Positions 50,593-61,975 of a stretch of 64,000 bases of DNA are shown one piece after another. The DNA is taken from positions 128,001-192,000 of the forward strand of contig CAVRCJ010000005.1 of the NCBI GenBank assembly GCA_963719515.1, written 5' to 3'. The DNA is from an uncultured cyanobacterium (GTDB lineage Bacteria > Cyanobacteriota > Cyanobacteriia > CAKZMO01). A model generated the notes under the pieces. It had not been told where the DNA came from. It did no database searches and saw only the letters and a program-made list of their open reading frames with translations. Each line of letters starts with the position of its first letter. Within the stretch, counting starts at the first letter, position 1. A program made the position numbers and the translations under genes.

Positions 50593-51639
50593 GTGGAGAG
50601 TACGCTTGGGTTAGAGATTATTGAGGTCGTCGAGCAAGCCGCGATCGCCTCTGCGCGTTGGATGGGTAAAGGCGAAAAGGACACCGCAGATGAAGTAGCG
50701 GTGGAAGCGATGCGCGAGCGCATGAACAAGATCTACATGCGGGGCCGCATTGTGATCGGAGAGGGCGAGCGCGACGATGCTCCCATGCTCTACATCGGTG
50801 AAGAAGTGGGCATTTGCACCCGCGAAGACGCCGCTGAGTACTGCAACCCCGATGAGCTAATTGAAATTGACATCGCGGTAGATCCCTGCGAAGGCACCAA
50901 CCTGGTGGCTTACGGTCAAGAGGGCTCCATGGCGGTGCTGGCCATCTCTGAAAAGGGCGGCCTGTTTGCAGCTCCCGACTTCTACATGAAGAAGCTCGCG
51001 GCTCCTCCGGCAGCTCGCGGCAAAGTAGACATCAATAAGTCGGCCACCGAGAACCTAAAGATCATCGCTGAGTGCCTCGAGCGCCCCGTTGAAGAGCTAG
51101 TGGTCGTAGTGATGAAGCGCGAGCGCCACAACGACTTAATCAAAGAGATCCGTGATGCGGGTGCGCGGGTGCGCCTGATCTCTGATGGTGACGTCTCTGC
51201 AGGGCTGTGCTGCGCTTTTGAAGGGAGCAACATCCATGCGCTGATGGGTATTGGCGCTGCCCCTGAGGGTGTGATCACGGCGGCGGCAATGGAATGCCTA
51301 GGCGGTCACTTCCAGGGACAGCTGATCTATGATCCGGCGGTTGTGAAGACGGGCTTGATTGGCGAGAGCAAAGAGAGCAACCTAGAGCGCCTGCGGAGCA
51401 TGGGAATCACCGACCCGGATCGGACCTACAACGCTAACGAGCTCGCTTCGGGCGAGAACCTGCTGTTTGCGGCCTGCGGCATCACCCCCGGCACGCTGAT
51501 GGAGGGCGTTCGCTTCTTCAACGGCGGCGCGCGTACCCAGAGCCTGGTGATCTCTAACCAGTCCAAGACGGCTCGCTTCGTCGACACCATTCACAACATG
51601 AAGGGCGGCGACAACAAGCGGGCGCTACAGCTGCGGTAG
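50593..51639 (+). CDS. glpX: Fructose-1,6-/sedoheptulose-1,7-bisphosphatase (class II)
   Basis: [39 protein letters not shown] start. Confidence 0.96.
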   Translation: MESTLGLEIIEVVEQAAIASARWMGKGEKDTADEVAVEAMRERMNKIYMRGRIVIGEGERDDAPMLYIGEEVGICTREDAAEYCNPDELIEIDIAVDPCEGTNLVAYGQEGSMAVLAISEKGGLFAAPDFYMKKLAAPPAARGKVDINKSATENLKIIAECLERPVEELVVVVMKRERHNDLIKEIRDAGARVRLISDGDVSAGLCCAFEGSNIHALMGIGAAPEGVITAAAMECLGGHFQGQLIYDPAVVKTGLIGESKESNLERLRSMGITDPDRTYNANELASGENLLFAACGITPGTLMEGVRFFNGGARTQSLVISNQSKTARFVDTIHNMKGGDNKRALQLR

Positions 51640-51682
51640 GCGATCGCCGCGACGGTCTCAAAACCGATAGCAAAGTTAATTC

Positions 51683-51721
51683 AATGCTTTAGCGAGAGCG
51701 ATCTTGCTGAAGCATTTTTTT
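51683..51721 (+). terminator. Intrinsic terminator after glpX
   Basis: AATGCTTTAGCGAGA-GCGA-TCTTGCTGAAGCATT followed by a T run. Confidence 0.7.
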
Positions 51722-52007
51722 GTCAGATTGCTTGCCGTGGCGGGCGGCACAGAGAACAGTTTTGTCTGCGCTACGCCACCGCGATACGAAAATTCATGTC
51801 ATTTCCCGCTGAAGATTCCGGCAAGTTGATACACTTTTGTCTGACCTGAAGCCGATTTAATACGCTGCATATCGCAAATGGCCTAGCTCGCTGGGACATT
51901 CTCACCCCTCGTCGCCGACAAGACTCAAGGCTTTACGTCAAGAGGGTTATCTTGAAAGACCGGGGCAAAGAAACAAATTTTGGTGCGTTAAAAAACTGGA
52001 AGGAAGT

Positions 52008-53294
52008 ATGAATATCATCGTCGTGGGTCTGAGCCACAAAACAGCACCGGTAGATGTAAGGGAGAAGCTGAGCATCCCCGCTGAGCAGCTTGAAGCCGCG
52101 ATCGCTCAGCTGACAAGCTACCCTCATATCGACGAGATTGCGGTGCTGAGCACCTGCAACCGCCTAGAGCTTTACGCCGTGATTCAAGACACAGAGTACG
52201 GCATTCAGGAGATCATCCAGTTTTTGTCTGAGCACAGCACTCTACCGGCGTCACGGCTGCGGCCCTACTTGTTCACCCTGCTGCATCACGACGCCGTCAT
52301 GCACCTGATGCGGGTGGCGGCAGGGCTCGACAGCCTGGTGCTGGGCGAAGGCCAAATTCTCTCCCAGGTTAAGCAAACCCACAAGCTCGGACAGCAGTAC
52401 AGCGGCATTGGCCGGACGCTAAATAAGCTATTCAAGCAGGCCATCACGGCTGGAAAGCGGGTGCGGACCGAGACCAACATCGGCACGGGGGCAGTGTCTA
52501 TCAGCTCAGCAGCGGTTGAGCTGGCCTTGGTCCACACCCAAGGGTTGTCGCGGCAGCGCATTGGCATTATCGGCGCGGGTAAAATGGCTCGCCTGCTGGT
52601 GCAGCATCTGCTCTCAAAAGGGGCCAGCGATATCACGATCATCAACCGCTCGATGCGGGGCGCTGAGTCTTTGGCAAAGCAGTTTGACGCTAGCCTCTCG
52701 CTTTGCACCCTAGCTGACATGGACCAAAGGCTGCCCCAGTGCGAGCTGATTTTCACCAGTACAGCGGCCACCCAACCTCTGCTGAACCGCGCTAAGCTGG
52801 AAGCTCTGCTGGCTCCTGAGCAGCCGCTAATGCTGGTAGATATCTCTGTGCCCCGCAACGTCGATGGTGATGTGGTGGGCATGCATCACGTGCGGTCTTT
52901 CAACGTCGACGATCTCAAAGCCGTGGTGGCCCAAAACCAGGAAAGCCGCCGCCTGATCGCGATGGAAGCTGAGCAGCTTTTGGAAGAAGAAGTCGATGCT
53001 TTTGAGGCCTGGTGGCGATCGCTGGAGACGGTGCCCACCATCAGCAGCTTGCGTAACAAAGTCGAAACTATTCGCGAACAGGAATTAGAAAAGGCGCTCT
53101 CCCGGTTGGGAAGTGAGTTTGCTGAAAAGCATCAGGAGATTATCGAAGCGCTGACCCGGGGGATCGTCAATAAGATTTTGCACGACCCCATGGTGCAGCT
53201 GCGTGCCCAGCAGGATATCGAAGCCCGTCGCCACGCCATGCAAACCCTAGAAACCTTGTTCAATCTAGAGACCCCCGGCGAGCGCTACATCTAA
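52008..53294 (+). CDS. hemA: Glutamyl-tRNA reductase
   Basis: [39 protein letters not shown]. Confidence 0.97.
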   Translation: MNIIVVGLSHKTAPVDVREKLSIPAEQLEAAIAQLTSYPHIDEIAVLSTCNRLELYAVIQDTEYGIQEIIQFLSEHSTLPASRLRPYLFTLLHHDAVMHLMRVAAGLDSLVLGEGQILSQVKQTHKLGQQYSGIGRTLNKLFKQAITAGKRVRTETNIGTGAVSISSAAVELALVHTQGLSRQRIGIIGAGKMARLLVQHLLSKGASDITIINRSMRGAESLAKQFDASLSLCTLADMDQRLPQCELIFTSTAATQPLLNRAKLEALLAPEQPLMLVDISVPRNVDGDVVGMHHVRSFNVDDLKAVVAQNQESRRLIAMEAEQLLEEEVDAFEAWWRSLETVPTISSLRNKVETIREQELEKALSRLGSEFAEKHQEIIEALTRGIVNKILHDPMVQLRAQQDIEARRHAMQTLETLFNLETPGERYI

Positions 53295-53335
53295 ATCCCA
53301 ATACCCAAGCCGCCTCGCTTTAAGGAATCGGCCCC

Positions 53336-56300
53336 GTGAGTTTAGCCCCGCCCCGCCCTGCCCCCCGCATCCGGAAGCGCAACGCCGCTTCACTTTGGCA
53401 AAGAACCTGGCCCATGGCGGCAATAGTTCTTATTGGGCTAGGGCTTGTCCTCTTCAACGCCCTTCTGGCCGAGAGCTTCTGGTTTGCAGAAGTAGGATAT
53501 TTCTCGGTGTTGGGGGTCCGGGTGCTGGCTCAAGGTCTGTTGGGTCTAGTTCCTTTTTTGCTCAGCATTGGGTTTGTCCAGTTTAATCTCGCACGCGCGG
53601 CGGCTCAACGATGGCCTGTGGTCGCCCCGTCGCCGGCACTTTCACTACCCTCACAGCTCGTTCCGCCGCTGAAGTCGGCCAGCAGCGAGATGGTATGTGA
53701 AATCAAATATCCGGGGCGGCTGCGGCTGGGATGGCTGCTGCTAGTCGCCATCGGGCTGGCAACCCTAGTGGCGGCGCTGCTGATTTACCATGGCCAAGTC
53801 GCCATTGGCCAGTGGCAGTCTGCCCTCAGCCTAGAGAGCACGCTCACGCCAGTTCCCGTTAAGTTTCGCTTTCGGGCGCTGTGGCGGGTGGTTCAGCTGC
53901 TGCAGGCGTCGCCCTGGCAGCTAGGGGCGCTGCCCCCGCTCGTTATTGCCATTTTGATCTACCCGCTCACCCTGCTGCGGGGCGTCGCGGCAGCCATGAG
54001 CCTGGTGTTCGGCGTCGTGATGGTAGAGCATTGGACCGAGGTAATGCTGGCGTTCAGCTCGACGGATTTTGGGCAAGTCGACCCTATCTTCGGAAGAGAC
54101 ATTGGCTTTTACGTCATGCTGCTGCCGGTGGGGGAGCTGCTCACGTTTTGGCTGGTGGGCTTGTTTTTACTGGTGTGGGTTTCGGTAGCGCTGGTATATT
54201 TGCTGTCGGGCAATAGCATCAGCCAGGGGCAGTTTCCTGGGTTTGCCAGCCCGCAGATTCGCCACCTCTATCGCCTGGGCAGTGCCACTATGGGGGCGAT
54301 CGCCCTCAGCTACTGGGTAGATCGCTACGAGCTGCTGTACTCCGCCACGGGCGTAATCTATGGCGCGAGCTACACCAACGTCACGGTGGAGCTACCGCTA
54401 TACACTGGGCTCAGCATAGGAGCGTTGGCGATCGCCGTCCTGCTGCTGCTGCGATCGTCGTCGCTGCCTCAGCTACCGCTGCGCAAACCGCTGGTCGATC
54501 GGGGAACCGCCCTTACTCGCGAACGACGTCTGTCTTGGCCCTTGGTAACAGCGGTAGTTGTCTACTTTGGGGTGGTGACGGTGGGCGGGGTAGTGCTGCC
54601 TGCGGTAGTGCAGCGGCTGGTGGTGCAGCCCAACGAATTAGACCGCGAAGGTCCGTTCATTGAGTACACTATTGCCTCAACCCGCCGCGCCTTCGCCTTG
54701 GACGACATCGACGTGGAGGTGTTCAACCCCCAAAGCACCCTCACCTACCAGGAACTGCTCAACAACAGCCTCACGGTAAATAATATTCGCCTGTGGGATA
54801 CCCGACCGCTGCTCGAAACTAACCGGCAGCTGCAGCGCATCCGGCTTTATTACGAGTTTGCCGATGCCGACATCGATCGCTACACGCTGACAGGCGAGAA
54901 CGGCAGCGAACGGCGGCAGGTTTTGATTGCCGCCCGAGAGCTGGACTACAACTCGGTGCCAGACGAGGCCAAAACCTGGGTCAACCAGCATCTCATCTAC
55001 ACCCACGGCTACGGCTTCACCATGAGCCCGGTGAACACCGCCGGGGAGAGCGGCCTCCCGCAGTATTTCATTCGCGGCATTGAACATATCCCCAGCAGCG
55101 AAACCATCCGCCAGAGCATTCCCGTCGCCGACCCGCGCATTTACTACGGGGAGCTGACGAATACCTATGTGCTCACCCAAACCAATCTGGAAGAGCTAGA
55201 CTACCCCAGCGGCAGCGAAAACGTCTACAACACCTACGATGGCGACGGCGGCATCTCCATCGGCAACTACTGGCAGCGGCTGGTGTACGCGGTGTACCTG
55301 CGGGACTGGCGGCTGCTGTTCACGGAGAACGTCACCCCAAAGACCAATCTGCTGTTTCGCCGCAACATCCGCGATCGCGTCCAGACCATTGCCCCCTTCC
55401 TGCGCTACGACAGCGATCCGTATTTGGTGGTGGCCGATCCCGATACCCCGCTTAGACCCGAACTAGAGCATCGCGGCACCAGTGACCCGAGCTACCTCTA
55501 TTGGGTGATCGACGCCTACACCGTCAGCAATCACTTCCCCTACGCGGCCCCCCTGAACAACGACTTTAACTACATTCGTAATTCAGTAAAAGTGGTGGTC
55601 GATGCCTATCACGGCACCGTCGCCTTCTACATCGCGGATCCCACAGACCCCATTATCCAGACTTGGAGCCGCGTCTTTCCAGGCATGTTCCATGCCCTAG
55701 AGGAGATGCCCGAAGCGCTGTTCCGCCACATTCGCTACCCGGAAGACTACTACCGGGTGCAGGCTCAGCAGCTGATGACTTACCACATGACCGACCCCCG
55801 CGTGTTCTACAACCGGGAGGACGAGTGGCGGGCCCCGACAGAAATCTACGCCAACGAACAGCAGCGAGTAGAGCCCTACTACCTGCTGATGGAGCTACCC
55901 GGCGACAACCAGGGGGAGTTTCTCCTCTTTCGCCCCTACACCCCTAGCCAACGGCGCAACCTGATTGCCTGGCTCGCAGCCCTCTCTGACGGCGATCGCT
56001 ACGGGCGGCAGGTGCTCTATACCTTCCCCAAGCAGGAGCTGGTGTTTGGCCCTGAGCAAATTGAGGCCCGCATTAACCAAGACCCGGTGATCTCCCAGCA
56101 GATTTCCCTATGGGACCGCCAGGGATCGCGGGCCATCCAGGGTAACCTGCTGGTAATTCCCATCGAGCAGTCGCTGCTGTATGTGGAGCCTCTCTATCTA
56201 GAAGCGGAGCAAAATCAGCTGCCCACGCTGGTCAGGGTGATTGCGGCGTACCAAAACCGCATCGCCATGGCCCCCACCCTGGACGCAGCCCTCAGAGCAG

Positions 56301-56455
56301 TGTTTGATGCGCCAGAGCCCTCCGAGGAAGAGACAATCGTGCGCTCGGTGAACGATGCTCCCCCAGATGCAGACAGTCCCCCGGCTACCCCAAACGATCT
56401 CACGGAGGAGACGGGAAGTGACGCGATCGCCGCGCCGGAAGCGGCGTCACCGTAG
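53336..56455 (+). CDS. UPF0182 family membrane protein
   Basis: NIRLWD, HLIYTHGYG, PRIYYGE, NYIRNSVK, LLYVEPLY. Confidence 0.93.
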   Translation: MSLAPPRPAPRIRKRNAASLWQRTWPMAAIVLIGLGLVLFNALLAESFWFAEVGYFSVLGVRVLAQGLLGLVPFLLSIGFVQFNLARAAAQRWPVVAPSPALSLPSQLVPPLKSASSEMVCEIKYPGRLRLGWLLLVAIGLATLVAALLIYHGQVAIGQWQSALSLESTLTPVPVKFRFRALWRVVQLLQASPWQLGALPPLVIAILIYPLTLLRGVAAAMSLVFGVVMVEHWTEVMLAFSSTDFGQVDPIFGRDIGFYVMLLPVGELLTFWLVGLFLLVWVSVALVYLLSGNSISQGQFPGFASPQIRHLYRLGSATMGAIALSYWVDRYELLYSATGVIYGASYTNVTVELPLYTGLSIGALAIAVLLLLRSSSLPQLPLRKPLVDRGTALTRERRLSWPLVTAVVVYFGVVTVGGVVLPAVVQRLVVQPNELDREGPFIEYTIASTRRAFALDDIDVEVFNPQSTLTYQELLNNSLTVNNIRLWDTRPLLETNRQLQRIRLYYEFADADIDRYTLTGENGSERRQVLIAARELDYNSVPDEAKTWVNQHLIYTHGYGFTMSPVNTAGESGLPQYFIRGIEHIPSSETIRQSIPVADPRIYYGELTNTYVLTQTNLEELDYPSGSENVYNTYDGDGGISIGNYWQRLVYAVYLRDWRLLFTENVTPKTNLLFRRNIRDRVQTIAPFLRYDSDPYLVVADPDTPLRPELEHRGTSDPSYLYWVIDAYTVSNHFPYAAPLNNDFNYIRNSVKVVVDAYHGTVAFYIADPTDPIIQTWSRVFPGMFHALEEMPEALFRHIRYPEDYYRVQAQQLMTYHMTDPRVFYNREDEWRAPTEIYANEQQRVEPYYLLMELPGDNQGEFLLFRPYTPSQRRNLIAWLAALSDGDRYGRQVLYTFPKQELVFGPEQIEARINQDPVISQQISLWDRQGSRAIQGNLLVIPIEQSLLYVEPLYLEAEQNQLPTLVRVIAAYQNRIAMAPTLDAALRAVFDAPEPSEEETIVRSVNDAPPDADSPPATPNDLTEETGSDAIAAPEAASP

Positions 56456-56487
56456 CGGCTGGCATTTGGCTTCAGCGGCCTCTCCTT

Positions 56488-57408
56488 CTACAGCCGATGG
56501 TGGCGGAACACCTCGCTTGCCGCCCGATGCAGCAGCGAATGCCGGTACGCCAGCGCCTCAAAATCCTTTGAATAGCCGCCGCCAATGACGCAGGCCACGG
56601 GACGTCCCGCCGCCGCGCAGGTGCCGAGAACCTGCATATCCCGCCTGAAGAGACCCGCATCCGTCAGCGCCAGCTTACCTAGGCGATCGCCAATGTGAAC
56701 ATCTACCCCCGCGTCGTAGATCACCAGATCAGGCTGCACCTGGGCCAGCAAATCGGGCAGGTGTGCCGCCAGACTCTGCAGATAGGCGTCATCTTCTAGC
56801 CCCTCGGGCAGAGGCACATCACAGTCGCTGCGCTGCTTGCGGCTAGGAAAATTCACCTCGCAGTGCATCGAAAAGGTAAACACGCTGGCGTCGTCTTTGA
56901 AAATGTGGGCAGTGCCGTCCCCCTGATGCACATCCAAATCGACAATCAAGATCCGCTGGGCTAGGCCTAAGTGCTGCATAACCCGGGCGGCGATCGCCAG
57001 GTCGTTGAAGATGCAAAATCCAGAGCCATAGTCGGCGTAGGCGTGGTGGGTGCCCCCCACCGTGTTGCAGGCTAGTCCGTGCTCCAGCGCTAGCTTCGCT
57101 GTCAAAATGGTGCCCCCCACGGCCAATTTTGTTCGGGTCACCAGCTCGGGTGACCAGGGGAGGCCGATGCGCCGCTGCGCTTTGGGCGGCAGCGTCCCCT
57201 GGCAATAGTCGTGAATATAGCTCGCCCTATGCACCAGCTGTAGCCAATCTGTGGAAGGCTCGTCAGGGCTATACACCTGGTGAGAGTCTGCTACCCCTTG
57301 CTTCAGCAGCAGGCGATAGAGCAGCCCGAACTTAGGCATTGGAAAGCGGTGGCCTAGGGGCAGAGGAGCTACGTAATGAGGATGATGAACGATAGGAAGA
57401 TTCAGCAT
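56488..57408 (-). CDS. Histone deacetylase family protein
   Basis: GGTHHA, GFCIFND, DLDVHQGDGT, GGGY. Confidence 0.92.
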   Translation of the reverse strand: MLNLPIVHHPHYVAPLPLGHRFPMPKFGLLYRLLLKQGVADSHQVYSPDEPSTDWLQLVHRASYIHDYCQGTLPPKAQRRIGLPWSPELVTRTKLAVGGTILTAKLALEHGLACNTVGGTHHAYADYGSGFCIFNDLAIAARVMQHLGLAQRILIVDLDVHQGDGTAHIFKDDASVFTFSMHCEVNFPSRKQRSDCDVPLPEGLEDDAYLQSLAAHLPDLLAQVQPDLVIYDAGVDVHIGDRLGKLALTDAGLFRRDMQVLGTCAAAGRPVACVIGGGYSKDFEALAYRHSLLHRAASEVFRHHRL

Positions 57409-57696
57409 TGGGGCATTGGCTGTAGGGTGGGAGCCAAGTCGCCCCTCTAGATCATTGTATAAACTTTTATAAAATCGCCGTTTTGTGTTCGCCACTGCAG
57501 AAATTTTCAATATTATTTGAGCAGGAAGTAAGGACTTCCTCGGCACAGGCTTCAAGCAGCAGGAGCGCGGCGCTATAGCGGCCCAGGTTCAGCTCGCGCG
57601 CTGAGGCACGATCATCGCGTCACTTTTGAGAGTGCGCGCTTTACTTTTGGAGAAGCTCCTATAGAATTCGATCAGTCAGTTTTAAGGTGAGACGCG

Positions 57697-58935
57697 ATGG
57701 CAACTTGGCAGGTAGTATCGGGCGACATTACGGCACCCAAGGGATTTCGAGCAGCAGGAATCGCAGCAGGGCTCAAGCCCTCTGGAGCCAAAGACCTAGC
57801 GCTGATTGTCTCAGATGTGGACGCGATCGCCGCTGGGGTGTTTACCACCAATCAGGTGAGCGCCGCCTGTGTGGACTACTGCCGCCGACGGCTGGCCGCC
57901 AAGCCCAGCGCCCGCGCCATCCTCTGCAACGCGGGGCAGGCCAATGCGGCAACGGGGGAGGGGGGATGGCAGGACGCGAAAGAGAGCGCCCAGGTCGTGG
58001 GTGAGGCCTTGGGCATTTCTCCCGAGGCGGTGCTGCTGGCCTCTACGGGGGTCATCGGTCAGCGCATCCGCATGGCCCCCCTCAAGGCAGGCGTTCCCAC
58101 CGTTGTCGCGCAGCTTTCTGCCGGAGAAAACGAGGCCGCTCGCGCCATTATGACTACCGACCTATTGCCCAAAGTCATTGCCCTAGAGACCCTGATCGAC
58201 GGCCGGCCGGTGCGCATCGGTGGCATCTCCAAAGGCTCAGGCATGATTCACCCCAATATGGCCACCATGCTGGCCTTCGTCACCTGCGATGCGGCAGTTT
58301 CCCCGCCCCTGTGGCAGGAGATGCTGACCCGGGCCGCCAACCGAAGCTTTAACCAGGTCACCGTAGACGGTGACACCAGCACCAACGACAGCCTGATTGC
58401 CCTCGCCAACGGGGAATCTCGCACCCCCGCCATCACCGCTCCCGGTGCGGCAGCGGACCAGCTAGAGGCCATGCTCACTGAGGTATGCACCCACCTCGCC
58501 AAGGCGATCGCCCGCGATGGCGAAGGGGCCACCTGCTTGATTGAGGTGACGGCAACAGGGGCAGCCGACGACAAGCAGGCCCGCCAAATCGCCCGGACTG
58601 TAGCCGGGTCATCCCTGGTGAAGTCGGCTGTGTTTGGCCGCGACCCTAACTGGGGGCGAATTGCCGGAGCAGCAGGCCGAGCCGGGGTGCCGTTTGACCA
58701 AACTGATTTAGATATTTACCTGGGCGAGACGCAGCTGCTGCGAGAGGGACAGCCCCTATCTTTTGACCGGGCTGCGGCGTCGGCCTACCTGAAGCAGGCC
58801 GCAGAGGGGGCTTACCTTAAAGAGGATACGGTGGCGATCGCTTTGAAAGTCGGACATGGACAGGGTTCGGGGGTGGCCTGGGGCTGCGACCTTAGCTACG
58901 ACTATGTCAAGATCAATGCAGACTACACCACGTAG
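57697..58935 (+). CDS. argJ: Ornithine acetyltransferase / N-acetylglutamate synthase
   Basis: STGVIG, KGSGMIHPNMATML, DGDTSTND, INADYTT. Confidence 0.97.
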   Translation: MATWQVVSGDITAPKGFRAAGIAAGLKPSGAKDLALIVSDVDAIAAGVFTTNQVSAACVDYCRRRLAAKPSARAILCNAGQANAATGEGGWQDAKESAQVVGEALGISPEAVLLASTGVIGQRIRMAPLKAGVPTVVAQLSAGENEAARAIMTTDLLPKVIALETLIDGRPVRIGGISKGSGMIHPNMATMLAFVTCDAAVSPPLWQEMLTRAANRSFNQVTVDGDTSTNDSLIALANGESRTPAITAPGAAADQLEAMLTEVCTHLAKAIARDGEGATCLIEVTATGAADDKQARQIARTVAGSSLVKSAVFGRDPNWGRIAGAAGRAGVPFDQTDLDIYLGETQLLREGQPLSFDRAAASAYLKQAAEGAYLKEDTVAIALKVGHGQGSGVAWGCDLSYDYVKINADYTT

Positions 58936-59041
58936 CGGAGCGTTCCATAGCCGTCAGTACTCCGAATTGCGCTCCGATGCCAGGTGCCGTCAGGACAGCG
59001 GGTACTGCTGCAGGACGTGACTCGCGTTTAATGGAGGCAAT

Positions 59042-60511
59042 ATGAGCGACCTTGTGTTGATGTCAGCGCATCAGCTGGCAGCTCTGATCCGCGATCGCCA
59101 AGCGTCAGCGGTGGAAGTTCTTGAGGCTTACCTCGTTCAAATCGCCGAGCGCAACCCCGCCCTCAACGCCATCTGCACCCTGGATGAAGCCGGAGCGCGG
59201 CAGCGAGCTGAGCAGGCGGACGAGGCCACCGCTCGGGGCGAAGTTTGGGGACCGCTGCACGGCGTCCCCATCACTATCAAAGATATTTTTGAAACCGCTG
59301 GTCTACGGACGACAGCGGGCTACATCCCCCTCAAAGACCATGTACCGTCTGAGGATGCCACTGCAGTAGCCCGGCTCCGGGCTGCAGGAGCTATCATCCT
59401 CGGTAAAACCAATATGGCGGAGCTGGCGGGAGACTACCAAAGCACCAACTCTCTGTTCCCTAGGGTCAACAACCCCTGGAACCTGGACTACACGGCGGGG
59501 GGAAGTTCTGGGGGCAGCGCCGCCGCCGTCGCTGCTGGCCTCTCGCCCTTAGACCTGGGCAACGACATCGCCGGTTCGGTTCGCCAACCGGCTCATTTTT
59601 GCGGCGTCTATGGCCTCAAGCCTACCGACCGCCGCGTGTCCACCGCCGGACAAATTCCAGAGGTGCCGGGAATGCCGACCTGTATCCGTCACCTCATTAC
59701 GGTCGGCTGCTTTGCGCGATCGCTCGAAGATATCCAGCTCTGCTTCTCCCTGATTGCGGGGGCAGACCGGCGTCGCGCCGATGTCCCCCCGGTGCCGCTA
59801 GACATCCCCTCTAACAGGTCGCTTCAGGAGATCAAAATCGCCTGGAGCAGCGAATGGCCTGAGGTGCCCGTCGCCCGCGACATCCTTAACGCTATGACCA
59901 CAGCGGCGGCGGCTTTAAGTGACGCTGGCGCTCAGCTTGAGGACTGGCGTCCCCAAAATTTCGACCTCTCGGCAACGCTAAACCTTTATACCAGGCTCGT
60001 GGCCTACCTGATGGTCTACGCCCAGCCGGTAAACCGCCACACCCTGCGGCGATCGCTCACTCAAATTTTTCGTACTGCAACCCAGGGAGACCGAGAGCTG
60101 CGGCAGCTGGGCAACTTTGCCGCAGTCCTGCCCGAGCTGCTGAATCCAGGACTGAAGGGATACTTTGAGGCGCTTACCGAGCGCGATCGCTTCATTACCG
60201 CAATGGAAGAGGCTCTAGACCCCTGGGACGTTTGGATTACGCCGGTTGCCGCTACGCCCGCCTTTACCCACCGCCCCGCCTGGAGCGCCATTGAAATTGA
60301 GGGACGACTATACCCGCATGTAGTTGCCAACGGTGCCTACGCGATGCCGTTTAACCTGAGCGGTCACCCGGCGGTGACGGTACCGATTGGACAGACTCCA
60401 GAGGGGTTACCCTTAGGCCTGCAGATCGTGGGCAAGCGCTGGCGAGAGCTGGAGCTGTTGGCGATCGCGAAGCATGTGCAGCGCGCCTGCCGCAAAACGC
60501 CATACACTTGA
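59042..60511 (+). CDS. Amidase signature family protein; stop codon lies in the adjacent IS end
   Basis: GPLHGVPITIKD, GGSSGGSAAA, GNDIAGSVRQPA. Confidence 0.92.
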   Translation: MSDLVLMSAHQLAALIRDRQASAVEVLEAYLVQIAERNPALNAICTLDEAGARQRAEQADEATARGEVWGPLHGVPITIKDIFETAGLRTTAGYIPLKDHVPSEDATAVARLRAAGAIILGKTNMAELAGDYQSTNSLFPRVNNPWNLDYTAGGSSGGSAAAVAAGLSPLDLGNDIAGSVRQPAHFCGVYGLKPTDRRVSTAGQIPEVPGMPTCIRHLITVGCFARSLEDIQLCFSLIAGADRRRADVPPVPLDIPSNRSLQEIKIAWSSEWPEVPVARDILNAMTTAAAALSDAGAQLEDWRPQNFDLSATLNLYTRLVAYLMVYAQPVNRHTLRRSLTQIFRTATQGDRELRQLGNFAAVLPELLNPGLKGYFEALTERDRFITAMEEALDPWDVWITPVAATPAFTHRPAWSAIEIEGRLYPHVVANGAYAMPFNLSGHPAVTVPIGQTPEGLPLGLQIVGKRWRELELLAIAKHVQRACRKTPYT

Positions 60512-61866
60512 CCACTCCCACGGCTAAAGCGCGTGGGATTCTTGGATTGCTCCAAGACTTTTCTGCTTCGTAGCACCTGCCTTCCGAGATTTGCTCTCTA
60601 TGCGCGAAGCGCAGGCTTGCCAACGGGTCTTACAGTCGCTCCACAGACTGACACCGCTAGACCAGCGGCCAATACGTTTACAGCGGCGTTTACGTCTCTA
60701 TCGTGCTTAACGTCGCACTCAGGGCACTGCCACTGTCGAATGTTCGACGGCAGCTTATCTACGACGTGGCCGCAGCTGCCACAGCGCTTAGAGCTAGGGA
60801 ACCAGCGGTCTATCTTGACGAGCTCTCGCCCGTACCATTCGCACTTGTAGGTAAGCTGCCTCACCAGTTCTCCCCAGCTCGCATCACTGATGGCCGCGCC
60901 AAAGCGTGATTATGGACCATGTTCACCGCTGCTAAGTCCTCAACGGCGATCGCTTGGTTTTCGCGCACCAGCCGGGTTGTCAGCTTGTGTTCGCGAAGCG
61001 TCCCGAAGGGAAGCAGGTCTTTGCGGGCATTGGCTATCTCGGCGTGGACCCTGGCCACCCTGAGCCGCGCTTTGTATCGGTTGTTCGAGCCCTTTTGCTT
61101 GCGGCTGAGCGCCTTTTGAGCTTTTCGTAGCTTGCGGTACTTAGCCCTGAAGCCCTTGGGGTTGGCAATCTTCTCGCCCGTGCTCAGCGTGACCAGACTG
61201 GTGATGCCCAAGTCCAGGCCAACTTTGTTAGGAGATACCGGCAGTGGCTCAATGTCCACCTCCACCAACAGCGACACAAACCACCGACCTGCAGGCGTCA
61301 GCTTGACCGTGATAGTCGATGGTGCGGCAGCTTTCGGAAGCGCCCTAGACCATCGAATGGGCAGCGCCTCAGAGCACTTAGCCAAGTAGACTTGCCCCTC
61401 TCTAAACTTGAACGCCGCCTTGGTAAACTCCGCGCTACCGCCGTTGCGCTTCTTCTTGAAGTTGGGATACTCAGCCCGACCCGCAAAGAAGTTAGTGAAG
61501 GCGGTTTGCAGATGCCTCAGCCCTTGCTGAAGGGGAACCGAGCTAACCTCAGTAAGAAATTCAAGGCCCTCCTCTTTTTTCCACTGGGTCAGCATCGACG
61601 AGGTTTGAGCGTAGCCGACGCGCTCTTGCTTCTGGTACCAGGCCTCAGTCCTTGCCGCCAAAGCGCGGTTGTAGACCAGGCGAGTACACCCCATTGTCCG
61701 GCGCAAGAGGTTGTTCTTGCCCCACAGTAGGATAGAAGCGATAGCGGTAAGCCCTTTGAACCATGCTTACAGCTTAGCGCTCGCTGTGTAAGATGTGGAT
61801 GTGTTCGCTAACGCTCACCGTCTTAATATCCCACCCCTAAAGCGGATGGGTTTTACGGCGACTTCT
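60508..61866 (-). mobile_element. IS200/IS605 (tnpB-only) element
   Basis: Left end AGAAGTCGCCGTAAAACCCATCCGCTTTAGGGGTGGG; right end CCCACGCGCTTTAGCCGTGGGAGTGGTCAA. Confidence 0.9.
60598..61764 (-). pseudogene. tnpB: TnpB with apparent frameshifts near 61720 and 60895 and an in-frame 21-nt insertion
   Basis: MVQRAYRYRFYPT start; GLDLG, AVEDL, CGSCG/CPEC, HDRDVNAA across three ORF pieces. Confidence 0.85.
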
Positions 61867-61975
61867 AAAAGTTTTGAGACTACACTCTCTGTATCTGCGC
61901 CCCCCAGAGCCCCTCAGAGCCTCTCAGCAGCGAGGAGAATGATACGATAGGGCTTCACTGCGTTTCAGGTCTTTT

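Noticed and set aside
32233..61764. Many single-base frameshifts (near 33075, 33300, 36075, 38790, 41013, 42170, 42237, 49620, 60895, 61720) as programmed frameshifting or phase variation
   Set aside because: They are scattered across unrelated, otherwise intact genes with no shared slippery motif. Long-read assembly indels are more parsimonious; raw reads are needed.
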